Shown here one piece after another: positions 1 to 9,362 of a DNA stretch of 64,000 nt. Both the position numbers and the translations under genes were made by a program. Within the stretch, counting starts at the first letter, position 1; each line of letters starts with the position of its first letter. Below the pieces are notes generated by a model, which saw only the letters and a program-made list of their open reading frames with translations, was not told the DNA's origin and searched no databases. Source of the DNA: Candidatus Nomurabacteria bacterium RIFCSPLOWO2_01_FULL_39_18 (GTDB lineage Bacteria; Patescibacteriota; Minisyncoccia; Phycocordibacterales; UBA9973); the NCBI GenBank assembly GCA_001787005.1, contig MFUV01000004.1:911-64910 (forward strand), given 5' to 3'.

Positions 1-121
1 CAACCGTATATTTAGAAAGATGGAAGCCCATCGCCAGCCTGCCGGCGTATTTCGTAGCCATCGTTGAACCTTTGATGACCATATACAACGCCACAAAAAA
101 AATAAATAAATTATTAAGCAT
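1..121 (-). CDS. Ca2+/Na+ antiporter (CaCA/YrbG family), N-terminal part, runs off the window edge
   Basis: Manual translation MLNNLFIFFVALYMVIKGSTMATKYAGRLAMGFHLSKYTV resembles the YrbG N-terminus; its start overlaps the ATPase stop. Confidence 0.6.
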   Translation of the reverse strand, partial: MLNNLFIFFVALYMVIKGSTMATKYAGRLAMGFHLSKYTV

Positions 122-2729
122 AATTTCTTTGAGAACTAGCTTGCCTGTTTCTGAAAAACCACTTTGCCCCTTCAATCAGAACAATGTTCAGCACACCAAT
201 CATGGCGACACCAATCACCCAGGGAAGTGGCAGAGCGACTGTATAAAAAATGGCTTGCAATCCAGGATAATAAATGGCCGCGGCCATCAGAACAAGGCCG
301 ATAACAATGCCTCCGTTAAGATATTTATTTGAAAAAAGTGAATAAGACAGAATGCTTTTATCTAAACTCCGCACCGAAAGGGCCACGAGCAGAGTGTACG
401 TGCCGAAAGCCGCAAAGATGAAAGTACGTACAGTGGCTTCATCGTGGCCGAGCCGTATCAGAACAAAATAAATAACAAAGAGCAGGATACTAGTGGATAG
501 ACCGATAGCCAGAATAAGGAATTTCATGACTGGGTCGAAAAGTTTTATCTTGCCTCTCTTTAGCGGTTTGTGCCTAAGACCGTCTCCATCTTTTTCGAAA
601 GCAAACGAGATAGCCGGAAAACTGTCGGTAAAGAAGTTGACCCAAAGAATTTGAAGCGGGTTTAGAGGCAGAGGCAAACCAGTCAAAAGCGATCCGCCGA
701 TTAGAATTAAGCCGTCAGTAACATTAGAAAGAAGATATACAAGCACTTTGCGAATGTTGCCGAGAATCTGTCGACCCTCTTCGATAGCCGCCACAATGGT
801 TTCGAAGTTGTCATCGAGAAGCACCAGGTCGGCAACGCTTTGCGCCACTTCTGTGCCAGAACCCATGGCGATGCCCACGTCGGCTTGCTTGATAGAGGGC
901 GCATCGTTCACCCCATCCCCAGTCATGGCCACCACCTCGCCTATTTCTTGGTAGAGCTTGGCGATACGAAGTTTGTCGAACGGCGTAACGCGGGAAATAA
1001 CAGTGAGTTTCGGCAATCGTTCTCGCAAGACCTCTTCCGAGAGCCCCGCAAGCTCGGACGCATCAAGCACTGAATGATTGTCGACCCTTATGCCAATTTC
1101 TCTGGCAACGGTCAGAGCCGTTCCTCGATGGTCACCGGTCAATATCACCGTCTTAATGCCAGCATCGCCGACTCTCTCTATGGCGTGCTTGATACCCGGC
1201 CTGATGGGATCGCGAAATGTAATGAGACCACCAAATGACAGATGCGAGAGTGATAAATTTTTTGAAAATGAAAAGTTTTCTGTGTGAATAATTTCTTTGG
1301 TCGCAACACCCAGCACACGTTCTCCGGAGAATGCGAGAGAATCAATCTGCTCTAACAATGCTTCCTTTTCTTTTACTCCGAGTGAAGAATGATTTAGTAG
1401 AATATCGGGTGCGCCGAAAAAGACAAGCAGGTGTTTGCTAGATTCTTTAATTAAAGACACAGAGAATTTCTGCACCGCGTTAAACGGCATAGTTTGGAGA
1501 ACATGTTTTTTGTTTGTTATCTCGGCAAAGGTCATCCCCCGAAGACCAGCCGATCGAACAAGCGACGTCTCCATTATTCTGCCATTCATGCGCCACAATT
1601 CTGGATCTTCGTGTGGATTTTCTATTAAAACATCTGCATTAGTTAGAGCCTGGAGAATAAGCTTCTGTTCGTCAATACCGAAAGGAATAACCTTGGACAT
1701 CACCATCTTCGCCATTGTTAAAGTTCCAGTTTTATCCGTAAGGATGACCGTGGTACTGCCGAGAGCTTCGGCGGCCACAAGCTTCCTGACAACGCCCTTA
1801 CGTTTAGCCATACGCTCCACCCCAACTGCTAAAATAACAGTTAAAGATACTGGCAACCCTTCTGGAATGGCTGACACAGCAATGGCGACGGAAGTGAGAA
1901 ACATGCTAAGGACTGAATAACCAGCGAGAACCCCAATTCCAAATACAACAAGAGTCAAAATACCAAGAGCGATACTCGAATAGATGCTGAAACTGATAAT
2001 GGCTTTTTGAAGAGGCGTTTTCTCGTTCTCGGAAGTTGCAATGAGTGAAGCAATCTTGCCAATTTCAGTGCTTGAATCGGTACGGCAGACGATGGCAGCG
2101 CACACTCCCTGAATGACTAGTGTGCCGGCAAATACCATAGAATCTTGATCTGAAATTCCGGCTGATTCTGGTGATGGATTGCTTGATTTGGCTACTGGTA
2201 AGGACTCCCCAGTCAGCACCGCTTCGTCAACCTGGAAGTCGTTCACAAATATCACCCTCGCATCGCCTGGCACTCGGTCGCCCTGGGCTAGACGGATGAT
2301 GTCGCCGGGCACTATCTCCTCCGCGTCAATCTCTCGCTCCTTCCCTTCCCTGATTACTCTTGCTCGTTGTTTGAGATATGTCTTCAATTCAGAAAGCGCG
2401 CGCTCGGCTTTGTTTTCCTGATAGAAGCCCAGAGTGGAATTAACTAACACAGCGAAAAAAATAAAAATAGTGTCCCGATAGTGAGAAATTAAAAGTGTTA
2501 TGATGCCGGTAACGATCAGAACGAGGATTAGGGGACTCTTCAATTGATTCAGGAATATTTTCAGCCTAACCGCCTTTCGCGATGAACTTATGGTGTTCCT
2601 GCCAAAAATTGACAAGCGGTCTTTGGCTTCTTCTCCGGACAAACCTTTTTCAAGGTCAGTCTCCAACAGACGCATCGCCTCGGACGATGATAGATGCCAA
2701 AAATTTTTGTTTTGTATTTCTATTAGCAA
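114..2729 (-). CDS. P-type cation-transporting ATPase (type II, Ca2+-like)
   Basis: DKTGTLT phosphorylation motif, TGES, PEGL, TGDGVNDAP. Confidence 0.95.
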   Translation of the reverse strand: MLIEIQNKNFWHLSSSEAMRLLETDLEKGLSGEEAKDRLSIFGRNTISSSRKAVRLKIFLNQLKSPLILVLIVTGIITLLISHYRDTIFIFFAVLVNSTLGFYQENKAERALSELKTYLKQRARVIREGKEREIDAEEIVPGDIIRLAQGDRVPGDARVIFVNDFQVDEAVLTGESLPVAKSSNPSPESAGISDQDSMVFAGTLVIQGVCAAIVCRTDSSTEIGKIASLIATSENEKTPLQKAIISFSIYSSIALGILTLVVFGIGVLAGYSVLSMFLTSVAIAVSAIPEGLPVSLTVILAVGVERMAKRKGVVRKLVAAEALGSTTVILTDKTGTLTMAKMVMSKVIPFGIDEQKLILQALTNADVLIENPHEDPELWRMNGRIMETSLVRSAGLRGMTFAEITNKKHVLQTMPFNAVQKFSVSLIKESSKHLLVFFGAPDILLNHSSLGVKEKEALLEQIDSLAFSGERVLGVATKEIIHTENFSFSKNLSLSHLSFGGLITFRDPIRPGIKHAIERVGDAGIKTVILTGDHRGTALTVAREIGIRVDNHSVLDASELAGLSEEVLRERLPKLTVISRVTPFDKLRIAKLYQEIGEVVAMTGDGVNDAPSIKQADVGIAMGSGTEVAQSVADLVLLDDNFETIVAAIEEGRQILGNIRKVLVYLLSNVTDGLILIGGSLLTGLPLPLNPLQILWVNFFTDSFPAISFAFEKDGDGLRHKPLKRGKIKLFDPVMKFLILAIGLSTSILLFVIYFVLIRLGHDEATVRTFIFAAFGTYTLLVALSVRSLDKSILSYSLFSNKYLNGGIVIGLVLMAAAIYYPGLQAIFYTVALPLPWVIGVAMIGVLNIVLIEGAKWFFRNRQASSQRNYA

Positions 2730-2847
2730 ATTGTGGACCGTACAGGACTCTAGATTATTATATGATCAAGTATACCTTTTCAATTTGCTGAGAGTCAAGA
2801 TCCAAAAATTTGCATAATTAAGAAAATAAGCTAGAATGTTGCTATCT

Positions 2848-3153
2848 GGGCCGTTAGCCCCTCACCCAGAAATCATGCATTATATTTATGTATTAAAAAG
2901 TGTTATATTGGGTGAGTTATATATCGGACAAACAAATGATCTTAAACGGCGTTTTGCTGAACATAATGGCAAGAAAAACATTTCAACAAAACACAAAGCT
3001 CCGTTTAAGCTCGTTTATTACGAAGCTTATAAATCCCGGTCTGATGCTGTGTATCGTGAAAAGCAACTAAAGAAACATTCACAAGCTTATGTTGCCCTAA
3101 GAGAAAGAATAAAAAACAGCATTGCATGATTTCTGGGTAGAGGGGCCGTTAGC
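2848..3153 (+). mobile_element. Putative mini-element: GIY-YIG gene inside 22/23-bp inverted repeats, flanked by an 11-bp direct repeat of the tRNA-Ala 5' end
   Basis: GGGCCGTTAGC at 2848-2858 and 3143-3153; inverted repeat CCCCTC-ACCCAGAAATCATGCA (2858-2879) / TGCATGATTTCTGGGTAGAGGGG (3123-3145). Confidence 0.6.
2875..3129 (+). CDS. GIY-YIG nuclease family protein
   Basis: HYIYVL...LYIGQTNDLKRRFAEHN...LVYYE...RE motifs; probable start is the ATG at 2875. Confidence 0.9.
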   Translation: MHYIYVLKSVILGELYIGQTNDLKRRFAEHNGKKNISTKHKAPFKLVYYEAYKSRSDAVYREKQLKKHSQAYVALRERIKNSIA

Positions 3154-3215
3154 TCATCTGGTAGAGCACCTCATTTGCAATGAGGGGGTGGCAGGTTCGA
3201 GTCCTGTACGGTCCA
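3143..3215 (+). tRNA. tRNA-Ala(TGC), CCA not encoded
   Basis: Cloverleaf, anticodon loop TTTGCAA, G3:U70 pair, GGTTCGAGTCC T-arm. Confidence 0.95.
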
Positions 3216-3251
3216 CAAAAAAATTAGCTTTTAAGCACATTTTTTGGTAGC

Positions 3252-3989
3252 ATGAACATTTTTGAAAAATTTACCAATAGAAAATCCAAAACAGTAGAAC
3301 AGGATCAAAAAATATTACCATCTGATATAAGATACGCTCTACAATACAAAAAGAGTCTACTAAACAGGATAGATATAGAAACTTTGGTCAGAAATAATTT
3401 CGAAAATGAGGCACTTTATCTGACATTTAAAAGTTTAACAGAAAATCCGGAACAACACAGAACTTTGCTTGAAAAATGTATTTCTTGTGTTTTAGAAAGT
3501 GGTAATGACACAAAAACTCAAAAAAACACTTTGCAAAAACTTATACTTGAAGCATTGGGAAATAGAAATGACATCCAAGTAAAGGGGGGTAAGTTGGCCC
3601 AACTATCTCGTCAGGGATTTGATCTTTGGCAAGATAAATTCAAACTCGTGGCTTCCCAATTAAGCGATGATGACAGAAATGTATTTTTGGTAACTAATCC
3701 CATGCTTATTGGTTTAAGTTCTTTTGTGCAGGCTTTTTCTGAAAAAAATAAAACATTAAATATAGTAGTGCCCGCATGGCTAGAAAAAGAAAATATGGGA
3801 TATGTTGTTACTTTTGCTGGTGGAAAAATGAATGTGGAATGGTTACGGAAACCTTTTGATAAAAGAGATTTGGTTATAATTGATGATACTAGAAACACAG
3901 GGGACACCCTAGAAAGAATACGGGATTATTTCGTGAAAAATGGTTCTCAAGAGCCAGAGATGTTGGACATGGACAAGATGATAACTTAA
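3252..3989 (+). CDS. Hypothetical protein with a C-terminal phosphoribosyltransferase-like motif
   Basis: VIIDDTRNTGDTL matches the PRPP-binding loop. Confidence 0.6.
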   Translation: MNIFEKFTNRKSKTVEQDQKILPSDIRYALQYKKSLLNRIDIETLVRNNFENEALYLTFKSLTENPEQHRTLLEKCISCVLESGNDTKTQKNTLQKLILEALGNRNDIQVKGGKLAQLSRQGFDLWQDKFKLVASQLSDDDRNVFLVTNPMLIGLSSFVQAFSEKNKTLNIVVPAWLEKENMGYVVTFAGGKMNVEWLRKPFDKRDLVIIDDTRNTGDTLERIRDYFVKNGSQEPEMLDMDKMIT

Positions 3990-4009
3990 AAAATTTACCA
4001 AATTAACTC

Positions 4010-4741
4010 ATGCCCCAAGAATTTAGATTCTCGAAAAATGTTACCACTCTAATCAACATCCCCCTGGGCGGGCTTTTTGCAATGATTCAGGCTTTGTTTT
4101 TTATAAACGGATTGCTGTGGCTAGCAGGCATAATTTTTGCCACAGATATTAATATAATATTCTGGCTGATTTGTTTTGTTGGTATATTCATCTGCGCTTT
4201 CTTTACATCGCTTTGCGGTCTCTTGGAGTTGAAATGGAGCGCCGTCATCATGGGCACGATAGCAGGGTTAGTGTTCGTCAAAGCAACTGGAGAATTCACG
4301 CAGTTTCAGTTATTTTTCTCTTTATTCACCACGACACTGGCAACATATATTTTTTCAATGTTCCCGGAGATAAAATTAAAAAAGCCTGATTTTATAAATA
4401 ATTTAAATATAATAATCGCAGGACACGTCTTCTGCGACATTATTGTCATGATTAGTTTATTCGCCTCAATCTGGGTGGGGTGGATAAGGCCTTTTGTTTT
4501 GATTGAGATTCTAATTATCATCCTTGCTTGGTATATATTAGGCGGATGCCCTTTCACGGTCGTGGAAGTAAAATTAAATGATAGTAGCGCAAAAAAGATC
4601 ATCCAACATGGATTCCTAGTTTATTACGGAAGATCATATTTGGGACTGAAGATAGATGAGCTCAAATTTGAAACAATGCTAGACCACGTTTTCTATGTTG
4701 GCACAGCTATAATTTTCCTCCTGTGGTTTGTCCTACCGTAA
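4010..4741 (+). CDS. Multi-pass membrane protein (C-terminal DUF2784-like GxCPxT motif)
   Basis: Several hydrophobic segments; GGCPFTVVE. Confidence 0.6.
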   Translation: MPQEFRFSKNVTTLINIPLGGLFAMIQALFFINGLLWLAGIIFATDINIIFWLICFVGIFICAFFTSLCGLLELKWSAVIMGTIAGLVFVKATGEFTQFQLFFSLFTTTLATYIFSMFPEIKLKKPDFINNLNIIIAGHVFCDIIVMISLFASIWVGWIRPFVLIEILIIILAWYILGGCPFTVVEVKLNDSSAKKIIQHGFLVYYGRSYLGLKIDELKFETMLDHVFYVGTAIIFLLWFVLP

Positions 4742-4756
4742 AAATTCAAAGAATTC

Positions 4757-6196
4757 CTAGAATTTATTCCAGAGCACCTGATTGGTTACCTCGTGGTGAT
4801 AGACAATCTCGGAGGATTTGATGAGCGCCCCGAGAGCCTTGGGGCTGCGGTCAGCCGCCATCTGTTTAAATTCTGTAAATTTTTCTTGGTTAGTCCGGTT
4901 TAGAATTTTACCGACGAAATCGCTGGCCTTGAAGAGTTTGATCGCGTCATTGATGTTGTCTGGCAAGACCCGCACCCTGTCCCGCTTTTCTTTATCTTTA
5001 ACGAGAAGCTGGCCCTCCAGCCCAGTTTTTAAGATTGTAAAAAGCGCCATGTAAGGATTCGCATCCGGAGCAACAGAGCGGACTTCGATGCGGGTGGAGC
5101 GTTCATTGCCCACAGGAATACGTATCATCGAACCGCGGTCAATTGGAGAGACTTTGATCTGGTTGGGCGCTTCGAAGTGCGGGTCGAGCCGGCGATAAGC
5201 GTTCACGCTCGAATTCAAAACCAAGCAGATTTCCGAGGCATGATTTAAAATTCTCGAAATAAAATCCCAAGCAATCTCTGACAAGCCTTCCTTGCCCTTT
5301 GTATTATAAAATATATTTTTCCCGCCTTTAGAGAGTGAAATGTTCGTATGCATGCCAGAACCGTTGATGCCGATGAAGGGCTTCGGCAAGAAAGTCGCCG
5401 TAATGCCCAGATTGTTGGCGACTTGACGGCAGACCAGTTTGTAGAGCTGGATATTATCCGCGGCCCGTAGAATGTCTGTATAAGAAAAGTTCATTTCAAA
5501 CTGCGAAGGCGCCACTTCCGGATGGTCCTTTTCATTCTTGAAACCCATCGCCCTTTGCGCTTCGGCGGCGCGATCGATAAATTGGCGGAGTCGATCAAGC
5601 GGCAATGAATGATAGTACCCGCCAGTTGAAATAAATTGAAAGGAGCCTGTTTCTTCATACCTCTGTTCAGCGTTAATTCCATCAACCAGAAACCCCTCCA
5701 CTTCTGCCGAGACATATGCCGTTATTCCGCTTTTCTTCTTGAGCGCTTCTCCATAGAGCTTGAGCTGACTGCGAAAATCAGAAACGTACGGGGTGTGGTC
5801 TCTATTTAAGACATCCACAAACATAATAACTTTGCCAGGACCAAAAACATCCGACGGGAGATACCTGATGCTCCCCCAATTAATAGCGAGGCGGAGGTCA
5901 GACTCATGTTGCTGGCTAAAACCACGAATAGATGAGCCGTCAAAGGTCAGGTTATTGGCCGAATCTAGGAGAAACTTTTTATCATAATCAAGCATATGGA
6001 ATCTGCCCTCTAAATCCGTAAAACAGAGCGTCACTGCTTTAATCCTTTTTTCTTTTTGCAAATATGCGCGATATTCCCTCTCGAGCAAAGCTTCACTCAC
6101 CTTCTCTCTCCGGTCTTTAGCTCGGAGATTCATCGCCTCAAGGTCATCGTAGGAGATCTCTAAAAAATTCTTCAATTCTTTCTTTATTCCATTCAT
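4757..6196 (-). CDS. glnA: Glutamine synthetase type I
   Basis: FDGSSI, HPEVAPSQFE, PKPFIGINGSGMHTN, RIEVRSVAPDANPY. Confidence 0.92.
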   Translation of the reverse strand: MNGIKKELKNFLEISYDDLEAMNLRAKDRREKVSEALLEREYRAYLQKEKRIKAVTLCFTDLEGRFHMLDYDKKFLLDSANNLTFDGSSIRGFSQQHESDLRLAINWGSIRYLPSDVFGPGKVIMFVDVLNRDHTPYVSDFRSQLKLYGEALKKKSGITAYVSAEVEGFLVDGINAEQRYEETGSFQFISTGGYYHSLPLDRLRQFIDRAAEAQRAMGFKNEKDHPEVAPSQFEMNFSYTDILRAADNIQLYKLVCRQVANNLGITATFLPKPFIGINGSGMHTNISLSKGGKNIFYNTKGKEGLSEIAWDFISRILNHASEICLVLNSSVNAYRRLDPHFEAPNQIKVSPIDRGSMIRIPVGNERSTRIEVRSVAPDANPYMALFTILKTGLEGQLLVKDKEKRDRVRVLPDNINDAIKLFKASDFVGKILNRTNQEKFTEFKQMAADRSPKALGALIKSSEIVYHHEVTNQVLWNKF

Positions 6197-6308
6197 ATTT
6201 TTTATGTTAATTTGATAAATATTTAATATAAAAATATACTAAATTAAACTAATAATACTATATTAAAATATAAAAAAAACTCGTTCGTAAGCTAAGTATC
6301 TGTGGATA

Positions 6309-6380
6309 ACCCGGTAGTAGAGCTTGGCGATGTTTTTTGAAAAAACGCACTTCGTGCCTCGCCAAGTCTCACTACCGGGT
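6309..6380. repeat. Dispersed ~70-bp hairpin element, copy 1 (copy 2 at 62354-62423)
   Basis: Ends GGTAGTAGAGCTTGGC...GCCAAGTCTCACTACCGGGT are shared with copy 2. Confidence 0.8.
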
Positions 6381-6392
6381 AACTCATAAAAC

Positions 6393-6419
6393 AAAACCCC
6401 GCCTTGCGGCGGGGTTTTG
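6393..6419. terminator. Intrinsic terminator-like hairpin upstream of glnA
   Basis: AAAACCCCGCCTTGCGGCGGGGTTTT. Confidence 0.7.
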
Positions 6420-6533
6420 CGGCACATACATTGTTTACGATAAGTGCGAGAATTGCCTCACACACTCACAAGGGTAGTATAGCATACTTGCCAAAGAATT
6501 GCAAGGAAAGTAGAAATGTGCTATAATGGCGGG

Positions 6534-6856
6534 GTAGGTGTTGGATAGCTACTCTATAATGTAAGTTGTAGAGAGGAAAGTCCGAACACAGTTTACCCCG
6601 TATTTATGCGGGGCGAAAAATGAGTAGTGGGTAACGCCCGCATGTAGTGATGCATAGTTGCGAACAGTGACGAACCGATTTAGTTCGGGTGAAACGGCTA
6701 AATACTTACTTCTGTGCAAGATCGTGTCCAGCCCCACTTTTAATAAAGTGGGGCTGGGAGAATCGCTTGAGCCCGAGAGTAATCGAGGGCCTAGACAAAT
6801 TGCTATCGTCCCCGACCTTGGTCGAGGACCACAGAATTCGGCTTATAGACACCTAC
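6534..6856 (+). ncRNA. rnpB: RNase P RNA
   Basis: GAGGAAAGTCCG, GGGTGAAACGG and ACAGAATTCGGCTTA signatures; P1 pairing GTAGGTGT/ACACCTAC; TGCTATAAT promoter upstream and a terminator downstream. Confidence 0.95.
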
Positions 6857-6866
6857 AACAAAAATG

Positions 6867-6898
6867 AGAGTCCCCCGCCCAAAGCGGGGGATTTTCTT
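6867..6898 (+). terminator. rnpB terminator
   Basis: TCCCCCGC-CCAAA-GCGGGGGA followed by a T-run. Confidence 0.75.
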
Positions 6899-6940
6899 TA
6901 GAAAAATATTGTGTTATTATGCCTTTATAATATTATTTTT

Positions 6941-7960
6941 ATGACGAATCTTCCTACATTAGAATTCATTCTGAAGAATTATAAAAACTTCAACTCGCGA
7001 GCAACTCGTGATGCCTTAATTGCCTATTGGAAGCACATCGAGGGCGGCGGCAAGATGTTCTGGAGTGTAGCAGGAGCCATGTCTTCCGCCCAGCTTGGCA
7101 TCACGCTCGCTCCTGCGATCAGGAGTGGGCTTATTCATGGCATGTCCGTTACTGGCGCAAATCTAGAAGAATCCCTCTTCCGCCTCGTAGCGCATGATAG
7201 CTATAAAGATTTCCCAGACTACCGCTACTTCACCAAAGAGTATGATACGAAAATTTTAGAAGACGGCATGCGCCGGGTCACAGACACTAGCATCCCAGAG
7301 GATGAAGCATTTCGAGCGGTTGAAAAGCAGTTAGTGCCTGCATGGGTGGGAGCAACAAAGGAGGGTACTCGAAAATTCTGGCATGAATATTTCTACGAAC
7401 TAATCAAGGCAATAGATAAAAGCAAACATGAGGGTAGTACGGAAGAATGCTGGCTCCTAGCCGCTGCAGAGGGCAATATCCCGATGGTTGTGCCGGGCTA
7501 CGAAGATTCTACGTTTGGAAACATTTTTGCTTCACATGTGAAGCTGGGCGATGCAAGCGCCAATATAGCTAAAAGCGGCATAGAGTACATGGGCGCATTC
7601 TATGATCAATACCAAAAGCTCTCGGAAGGCACTGGCGTCGGCTTTTTCCAAATTGGAGGAGGTATTGCGGGGGACTTCCCTATCTGCGTCGTCCCATCGA
7701 TCAAATATGACATGAAGCTCCCTGTGAAGCCTTGGGCTTATTTCTGCCAAATTTCAGATTCAACGACTTCCTACGGTTCATATTCCGGCGCCACCCCGAA
7801 CGAAAAAATAACTTGGGACAAATTGACCAAGGATACTCCGATGTTCGTGATAGAGTCGGATGCCACCATCGTTGCCCCCCTCATTCTGACTGCCCTTCTA
7901 GAATGCAAAGCAGACCCTGCAGAGGCAAATAAATTAATAGATAAATACTTGGCAGAATAA
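6941..7960 (+). CDS. Deoxyhypusine synthase-like protein (possible homospermidine synthase role)
   Basis: AGAMSSA, TGANLEE, IGGGIAGDF, SYSGATPNEKITWDK, ESDATIVAP. Confidence 0.9.
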   Translation: MTNLPTLEFILKNYKNFNSRATRDALIAYWKHIEGGGKMFWSVAGAMSSAQLGITLAPAIRSGLIHGMSVTGANLEESLFRLVAHDSYKDFPDYRYFTKEYDTKILEDGMRRVTDTSIPEDEAFRAVEKQLVPAWVGATKEGTRKFWHEYFYELIKAIDKSKHEGSTEECWLLAAAEGNIPMVVPGYEDSTFGNIFASHVKLGDASANIAKSGIEYMGAFYDQYQKLSEGTGVGFFQIGGGIAGDFPICVVPSIKYDMKLPVKPWAYFCQISDSTTSYGSYSGATPNEKITWDKLTKDTPMFVIESDATIVAPLILTALLECKADPAEANKLIDKYLAE

Positions 7961-7964
7961 AATC

Positions 7965-8873
7965 ATGAAAATTAAGACAATGAAACATGGCTTTTTGGGC
8001 ACAGACCAAGGGGTTAGGTTCGATGTTGACTATGTAAAAGCGAAAGCGGTGATTATCCCTTTTGGCATGGAAGCACACGTTTCTTATGGAGCGGGAACAA
8101 AAAATGGCCCTAAGGCAATCCTTAAAGCCAGCCATGAGCTAAACGAAAATGACGAGCAAACATTGCAAGCTGTGTATAAATGCGGCCTTTCCACTTTGAA
8201 AGAACCGAAAATCCCAAAAGATTCTGCCAAAGCCATTAAGCTTTTAAAAGAAACAACTAAAAAAGTTTTAGAAGATAAAAAGTTCCCGGTTATCTTGGGA
8301 GGAGAACATGCTCTCCTCTCTGGTTCACTTGGTGCTGTCTGCGAGCACTTCCATGATGTAAGTATTTTGCATTTTGATGCTCACGCTGATCTCCGGAAAA
8401 AATATCGCGGATCAATACACAGCCATGCTTCCGCCTTAAGAAGGGCTATGGAAAACCTACCAATTAAACGCCTGGTTTCCGTAGGCATAAGAACTGTTAG
8501 TGAAGTAGATGATGAACTCGGCTTTATTTTACGAGAGAAAAAAAGGCTTAAAATTTTTTGGGGTTGGGAAAAACTTTTAGCAAAAAAAATAGTGGTTGCT
8601 ATACCGACAAAAAATGTCTATATCACTTTTGATGTAGATGCTTTTGACCTATCGATTATGCCTTCTACTGGCACGCCCGAACCTGGTGGACTTACGTGGT
8701 GGCAAACAGTAGAAATACTAAAGCTAGCTTTTAGAGAAAAAAATGTGGTCGGCTTTGATGTGGTAGAACACTCGCCTATCAAAAACTTACCTGGACCAGA
8801 CTTTCTGGTAGCGCGCTTGATTTATAAGATGATTGGTTATAAATTTTTTAGCACTAAAACCAAGGCGAAATAA
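7965..8873 (+). CDS. speB: Agmatinase (ureohydrolase family)
   Basis: GGEH, HFDAHADL, TFDVDAFD, TGTPEPGG. Confidence 0.9.
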   Translation: MKIKTMKHGFLGTDQGVRFDVDYVKAKAVIIPFGMEAHVSYGAGTKNGPKAILKASHELNENDEQTLQAVYKCGLSTLKEPKIPKDSAKAIKLLKETTKKVLEDKKFPVILGGEHALLSGSLGAVCEHFHDVSILHFDAHADLRKKYRGSIHSHASALRRAMENLPIKRLVSVGIRTVSEVDDELGFILREKKRLKIFWGWEKLLAKKIVVAIPTKNVYITFDVDAFDLSIMPSTGTPEPGGLTWWQTVEILKLAFREKNVVGFDVVEHSPIKNLPGPDFLVARLIYKMIGYKFFSTKTKAK

Positions 8874-8885
8874 AGCTCTAACCGA

Positions 8886-9362
8886 TTAGTAACCAAATTC
8901 TACCTTATCTCCTACTTTTAAATTATATTTATCGGAAAATCCAGCCACCACTTCAAGAACATACTTAGCATCCTCGTCGGGTTCATAGGTTTCTAGAAAT
9001 AAATCCGGGTGGGCGTTTTGCTTTATGTAGACTACTCGCATATCCTCGTTAATCCAGATTATGTCTATCGGGAAATACATGTTTTTCATCCAGAAAAGAT
9101 ATTTATCGGGACGATCGAAGACGAAGAGCATGCCTGTGTCCTCTGCCATACTTCTCCTACCGGAGAGCCCCTCTCCACGAGTAGCCTCGGTGAGGGCAAG
9201 ATCCACTTTAATATTCTGCCCGGCTACCTCTATGCTCTCAATCTGTGAAAATCTATACTCCGTCGAACCACGGCTAATAAATATAAAAGCGACAAGCAAA
9301 AAAACTAAAACGGTAAGAGCCGAAAAATTTTCTTTCTTCTCTGTTTTATTTATGGTCTCCAT
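8886..9362 (-). CDS. DUF192 family protein with N-terminal membrane anchor
   Basis: GLSGR, GMLFVF, FWMKNMYFPIDIIW, YVLEV; start taken at METINK. Confidence 0.85.
   Translation of the reverse strand: METINKTEKKENFSALTVLVFLLVAFIFISRGSTEYRFSQIESIEVAGQNIKVDLALTEATRGEGLSGRRSMAEDTGMLFVFDRPDKYLFWMKNMYFPIDIIWINEDMRVVYIKQNAHPDLFLETYEPDEDAKYVLEVVAGFSDKYNLKVGDKVEFGY

Noticed and set aside
6549-6901. ORFs at 6549-6737, 6658-6867 and 6689-6901
   Set aside because: They overlap the RNase P RNA gene
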